Source of the DNA: an uncultured bacterium
GTDB lineage: Bacteria; Zhuqueibacterota; QNDG01; DTFT01
Direction of reading: 5' to 3'
DNA length: 64,000 nt
Assembly (NCBI GenBank): GCA_963736115.1
Contig: CAVTNR010000014.1
Coordinates: forward strand, 192,001 to 256,000
The translations under genes were made by a program, and so were the position numbers. Shown piece after piece: positions 59,281 through 64,000 of this stretch. Every line of letters starts with the position of its first letter. Position 1 is the first letter of the stretch. Under the pieces are notes generated by a model. That model had not been told where the DNA came from and did no database searches. It saw only the letters and a program-made list of their open reading frames with translations.

Positions 59281-60979
59281 AATCCACATCCTTCCCGAAC
59301 AGGTCATGAAGCGCATCGCGGCCGGGGAAGTCGTGGAGCGTCCGGCCTCCGTGGTCAAAGAACTGGTTGAGAACGCCCTGGACGCAGGCGCCTCGTCCGT
59401 GACCGTCGTGCTCAAGGGCGGAGGCCTGGAACGCATCCAGGTCACGGATGACGGCGAAGGCATGAGCGAGGCGGACGCCATGGCCTGCACCCGGCGGCAC
59501 GCCACCAGCAAAATCACCAGGGCGGAAGATCTGGAGGAGATCCGCACACTGGGTTTCCGGGGGGAGGCCCTGGCCAGCATCGGGTCCGTCTCGCGAATGG
59601 AAATCGTCACGCGCACGGAACCGGACGAGGAGGCCACACAGGTCGTGCTCGAAAACGGCGAGATCCGGGACGTCCTCAAGGCGGGAGCGCCGCGAGGAAC
59701 ATCAGTCATTGTCAAGGATCTCTTCGCCTTTGTCCCGGCCCGGCGGAAATTCCTGAAAAGTCCGCCCGCCGAACTGCGACATGCGGTGACGGCGGTGCGC
59801 CGTCTCGCGCTTTCGCACCCGGCGACCGGGTTCTCCCTCTTCATCGAGGGGGACAAGGTGCTTGACGCGGCTCCGGAATCCCTGCGTGATCGGGTGCGGC
59901 GCATGCTGGGAGAGGAGAAGGCGGCGCGCCTCGTCCCGGTGCGGGGCCAGTCGCCCGGCCTCGGCCTCGAGGGCTTCGTGCACAAACCGGGCATGGGAGG
60001 CCGGACCCGGGATGATCAGTTTTTCTTCATCAACCGGCGTTTTTTTCAGAGCCGCAACCTGCTGCATGCCGTATCCTCCGCGTACGGGACGCGGCTTTCA
60101 CAGGGCGAATTCCCCTTTTTCATCCTTTTTCTGGAGATGGAACCGTCGCGGTTCGATGCGAACGTCCATCCGACGAAAATCGAGGTCCGGTTCGCGGACG
60201 AACGCTTTCTGCATGACCAGGTCCGGCATTGGGTGGAGGAGGCGCTGAAGACGCCTGAATCCGCGGCTGAACTGCGCCTGGTCACCGGACTCCGCGGCTT
60301 TCCGCAAGCCGGACGGCGTCCGGCCGCTCCGACCGACTACGGACAGCTCTCCCTGGCCGTTCAGGCGCAGACTCCGGCCCCCGCCGGCGAGAAACCCGGC
60401 CGGACCGAGGAGCCCTCTTTCTGGCAGATTCAGAACCGCTATATTCTGTCCCGCATCCGAAGCGGATTGATCCTCATCGACCAGCACGTCGCTCATGAAC
60501 GCATCCTCTATGAACAGGCGATGAAATCCATGTCCGAGCGCGAGGGGCTTTCGCAGCAGTTGCTTTTTCCGACCACCGTCGAGCTCGCTCCGGATGACTA
60601 TCTCGCCTTGACCGAGATCCTGCCCGCACTCCAGCGCATCGGTTTCGGGATACGGGAATTCGGAAGAAACACCGTGGTGATTGAATCCGTGCCCGTGGAG
60701 GTGCGCGGCGGGGACGAAAAGTCTCTGCTCGCGGAGTTGATCGCCCAATACCGGGAGGAAGCGGCATCCGGAGAGCCGCTTTACGAGCGCATCGCCAAGG
60801 CTTATTCCTGCAAATCGGCGGTGAAAGCGGGGGAGAAGCTCAGCGCCGTTGAAATGGAGTCCCTGGTCGACCGGCTGTTCGCGGCCGAAAACCCCTATTT
60901 CTGCCCGCATGGCCGGCCGGTGGTCGTGAACCTGACCGTCGAGGAGATCGACCGGCGTTTCGGCCGGAATCCGCAATGA
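59270..60979 (+). CDS. mutL: DNA mismatch repair protein MutL
   Basis: IAAGEVVERP, GFRGEAL, NVHPTK, DQHVAHER, CPHGRP. Confidence 0.97.
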   Translation: MNGKIHILPEQVMKRIAAGEVVERPASVVKELVENALDAGASSVTVVLKGGGLERIQVTDDGEGMSEADAMACTRRHATSKITRAEDLEEIRTLGFRGEALASIGSVSRMEIVTRTEPDEEATQVVLENGEIRDVLKAGAPRGTSVIVKDLFAFVPARRKFLKSPPAELRHAVTAVRRLALSHPATGFSLFIEGDKVLDAAPESLRDRVRRMLGEEKAARLVPVRGQSPGLGLEGFVHKPGMGGRTRDDQFFFINRRFFQSRNLLHAVSSAYGTRLSQGEFPFFILFLEMEPSRFDANVHPTKIEVRFADERFLHDQVRHWVEEALKTPESAAELRLVTGLRGFPQAGRRPAAPTDYGQLSLAVQAQTPAPAGEKPGRTEEPSFWQIQNRYILSRIRSGLILIDQHVAHERILYEQAMKSMSEREGLSQQLLFPTTVELAPDDYLALTEILPALQRIGFGIREFGRNTVVIESVPVEVRGGDEKSLLAELIAQYREEAASGEPLYERIAKAYSCKSAVKAGEKLSAVEMESLVDRLFAAENPYFCPHGRPVVVNLTVEEIDRRFGRNPQ

Positions 60980-61923
60980 CCCGGGCGGGCCTGCGTCGAC
61001 CGGCCGTCCCGATCATCGTTGGACCCACGGCCTCGGGTAAAACCGGGTTGTCTCTGATGGTGGCGCGGCGGATTCCCGCGGAGATCGTGTCCGCGGACTC
61101 GCGCCAGGTGTACAGACGGATGGACATCGGGACGGCCAAACCGGATCCGGACGCCAGGCGCATCGTTCCGCATCACTGCATCGACATCGCGGATCCTTCC
61201 GAGTCATTCAACGCGGGACGGTTCGCGGACGCAGGGCGGGCCATAGTGGCCGATATCCTGTCCCGGCAACGTCTGCCCGTGGCTGTCGGCGGGTCGGGTC
61301 TTTACCTCCGGGCGCTCGTGGACGGGCTGTTCGACGGCGGGTTCCGGGATCACGGCCTGCGGAGCCGGCTGACCCGCGAGGCGGCCGAATCCGGAACAAC
61401 CGGGCTTCACAACCGTCTTCGCATCGCCGATCCGGAAGCGGCGGAGAGAATCCATCCGAACGACCTCAAGCGCATCGTCCGTGCCCTGGAAGTGGCGGAA
61501 CTGTCCGGCCGGCCGATGTCCCGGATTCAGCGGGAGGAAACCCGGCCCGCTGATTTCAACGCGCTCTGGTACGGAGTCCGTTGGCCGCGAGACGATCTCA
61601 ACCGGCGTATCGACAGGCGTGTCGACCGGATGATGGAGGCCGGTTTTCTCGAAGAGGTCCGCGGCCTCCTGGCATCCGGCCTGACTGCGGCGGATCCTGC
61701 CATGGATGCGCTCGGGTACCGGGAACTGACGGCCCATCTTCAGGGCCGTCTGACTTTGGACGATGCGGTGGAGGAGATCAAAAAGCGAACCCGTCAGTTC
61801 GCGAAACGGCAGATGACCTGGTTCAGGCCGGACGGCCGTATCCGCTGGTTCGATGTAAATGACGAATCGGATTTCGAGGCATTGGCGGAAATCATCGTGC
61901 GTGAAGCCGGCCGATCCGGCTGA
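60976..61923 (+). CDS. miaA: tRNA dimethylallyltransferase
   Basis: GPTASGKT, DSRQVY..DIGTAKP, AKRQMTW. Confidence 0.97.
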   Translation: MTRAGLRRPAVPIIVGPTASGKTGLSLMVARRIPAEIVSADSRQVYRRMDIGTAKPDPDARRIVPHHCIDIADPSESFNAGRFADAGRAIVADILSRQRLPVAVGGSGLYLRALVDGLFDGGFRDHGLRSRLTREAAESGTTGLHNRLRIADPEAAERIHPNDLKRIVRALEVAELSGRPMSRIQREETRPADFNALWYGVRWPRDDLNRRIDRRVDRMMEAGFLEEVRGLLASGLTAADPAMDALGYRELTAHLQGRLTLDDAVEEIKKRTRQFAKRQMTWFRPDGRIRWFDVNDESDFEALAEIIVREAGRSG

Positions 61924-62030
61924 ACGGAAACGGGCTGGTACGGCCCGAAAAAACCGCCGGACCGACTGTGATTGCGCGGTGTCCTGCGGTGTTTGGAAAA
62001 ACGGACAGTCATCTTAATGAGAGGTGTGCC

Positions 62031-64000
62031 ATGAAAACCGTCATGGGTAAAATCCGGTATTTCGCGGTGCCGGCCTTCCTGATCCTCTTCCTGCCCTGTG
62101 TCGCGGACGAGGGGATGTGGTCATTCGACAATCCGCCGCTCAAGCCGCTCAGGGAAAAATACGGTTTTGACGCCGGCCAGGAATGGCTCGACCACGTGCG
62201 CCTGGCCAGCGTGCGGTTCATGGACGGCGGGTCGGGATCTTTCGTGAGCCCGAACGGGCTGGTGCTGACCAATCACCACGTCGCGGTCGGACAGCTCCAG
62301 AAAATGTCCACGCCGGAGAAGGATTTCGTATCCGTCGGCTTCTACGCCGAGAAGCCGGAGAATGAATCGCCCTGTCCGGACCTCGAGGTCAACGTGCTGG
62401 TCTCCATGGAAGACGTCACCGGACGCGTCCGTTCCGCTGTCTCGGACGGGATGAACGCCGAGCAGGCGCTGAAGGCACGGGAGGCCGAAATCGCGGCCAT
62501 TGAAAACGAGTGTCAGGAGAAAACCGGTTTAAAGCCCGAAGTGGTTCGGCTGTACCACGGAGGGGAATACTGGCTCTACCGCTATAAAAAATACACCGAC
62601 ATCCGCCTCGTCATGGCGCCGGAGCGCATGGCGGCTTATTACGGCGGAGACTCGGACAATTTCACCTTTCCCCGTTACGATCTGGATATGGCCTTCTTCC
62701 GCGTTTACGAGAACGGACAGCCGGTGCGTCCGGAGGCCTGGCTGAAATGGAACGCTGCCGGCGCAGGCGAGGAGGAGCTGGTGTTCGTGTCCGGGCATCC
62801 GGGCTCGACCGACCGGCTCTACACACTGGCCCAGCTCGAGTATCAGCGGGATCTGCAATATCCGATGACCCTCACGTACATCGGCCGCCGCATCGACATC
62901 CTGCACGAATACATGAAAGCCGGACCGGAACAGCACCGCCGCGGGTTGATCCAGCTTTTCGGCCTGGAGAATTCGAAAAAGGCGCTCACCGGGGAATACC
63001 AGGGACTGCAGGACCCGTCCTTATTCGTCAAGAAAAAGGCGGAGGAGGACGCGCTCCGGAAAACGGTCGCGTCCAGGCCGGAATGGAAGAAAGCGTATTC
63101 CGGCGCATGGAAAAACATCGAAAAAGCCGTCTCCAAACAGAGGGAAAGGGCGCGATTCAACTTTTACAGGAGGATTTTCGGATCCCGCATGTACGGAATC
63201 GCGAATCAGATTGTTTTTTATGCCGGCGAAACCGTGAAACCCGAATCCGAGCGTCTGGACGGATATCATGCGTCCCAGCTGGAGGAACTGAAATTCCATC
63301 TCTTCTCTCCTGCTCCGGTTTACAGGGACCTCGAGGAGGCGAACCTGGCCGGATGCCTGAAGCTGTCCCTGGAGGAGCTCGGACCGGACGATCCGTTTTT
63401 AAAGATCGTGCTGAACGGTCAAACTCCGGAGGCGGCCGCTTCGGATCTGATCCGCGGGACCGGATTGGAATCCGTGGAAATGCGCAGACGGCTCATCGAA
63501 GGGGGCCGGTCGGCTGTGGATACCTGCCGGGATCCCCTCATCGTCCTGGCCCGCAAACTCGAGCCGACCGCCCGTGAAGGCATTCAATGGCGGAAAAAGA
63601 ACGTTGAAAGCGTTATGTCCGCGGGCACGGAACTGATCGCCCAGGCCGTGTTCGCGGCTTACGGCAAGGACCAGTATCCGGACGCGACTTTCACATTGCG
63701 TCTTTCCTACGGAGCCGTCCGCGGATTCCCGATGAATGGCACGCTCGCGCCCTATAAAACGACGCTTTACGGACTGTACGACCGCGCGCTCAGTTTCGAC
63801 CGCAAGGGCGATTTCGATCCGCCCATCCGCTTCTGGGAGCGTCGAGACAGTTTGAACCTGGCCACACCCGTGAATTTTGTCTCCACATGCGACATTATCG
63901 GCGGCAATTCCGGATCGCCTGTTCTGAACCGCTCCGGAGAGCTGGTTGGGCTGGTTTTCGACGGGAACATCGAGAGCTTGGTCGGACGTTTCGTGTACGA
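62031..64000 (+). CDS. S46 family dipeptidyl peptidase, 3'-truncated (missing from the ORF track)
   Basis: Partial manual translation: signal peptide, ADEGMW, GSGSFVS..TNHHV at the start and DIIGGNSGSP..FDGNIES in the same frame at the window end. Confidence 0.92.
   Translation, partial: MKTVMGKIRYFAVPAFLILFLPCVADEGMWSFDNPPLKPLREKYGFDAGQEWLDHVRLASVRFMDGGSGSFVSPNGLVLTNHHVAVGQLQKMSTPEKDFVSVGFYAEKPENESPCPDLEVNVLVSMEDVTGRVRSAVSDGMNAEQALKAREAEIAAIENECQEKTGLKPEVVRLYHGGEYWLYRYKKYTDIRLVMAPERMAAYYGGDSDNFTFPRYDLDMAFFRVYENGQPVRPEAWLKWNAAGAGEEELVFVSGHPGSTDRLYTLAQLEYQRDLQYPMTLTYIGRRIDILHEYMKAGPEQHRRGLIQLFGLENSKKALTGEYQGLQDPSLFVKKKAEEDALRKTVASRPEWKKAYSGAWKNIEKAVSKQRERARFNFYRRIFGSRMYGIANQIVFYAGETVKPESERLDGYHASQLEELKFHLFSPAPVYRDLEEANLAGCLKLSLEELGPDDPFLKIVLNGQTPEAAASDLIRGTGLESVEMRRRLIEGGRSAVDTCRDPLIVLARKLEPTAREGIQWRKKNVESVMSAGTELIAQAVFAAYGKDQYPDATFTLRLSYGAVRGFPMNGTLAPYKTTLYGLYDRALSFDRKGDFDPPIRFWERRDSLNLATPVNFVSTCDIIGGNSGSPVLNRSGELVGLVFDGNIESLVGRFVY

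Overview
This is GC-rich bacterial chromosomal DNA. The gene content (FlgD-Ig/T9SS-type C-terminal domains, a sigma54-ATPase–lptE–TPR cluster, an S46 peptidase, a DGGGP-synthase-like UbiA) suggests an FCB-superphylum organism such as candidate division KSB1; this is inference. Bases 1-15.9 kb hold a tandemly duplicated module: a giant secreted protein of alternating Ig-like and LamG domains followed by a paralogous beta-barrel gene, with one TPR–CsgG-like lipoprotein gene between the two copies. The rest is mostly housekeeping and catabolism: dapF, maf, dtd, a frameshifted ettA, leuD, lptE, a LacI–SDR–gnd–LarA-like sugar-acid operon, GH3, cimA, trpR–trpB2, nadE, mazG, a ylxR-ylxQ fusion, mutL, miaA and a truncated S46 peptidase. 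The intergenic regions carry several repeat families. One is a REP-like palindrome whose loop is empty, singly filled or doubly filled by a ~45-bp unit with conserved ends and a variable core. I found no rRNA, tRNA, CRISPR-cas, transposase or reverse transcriptase.
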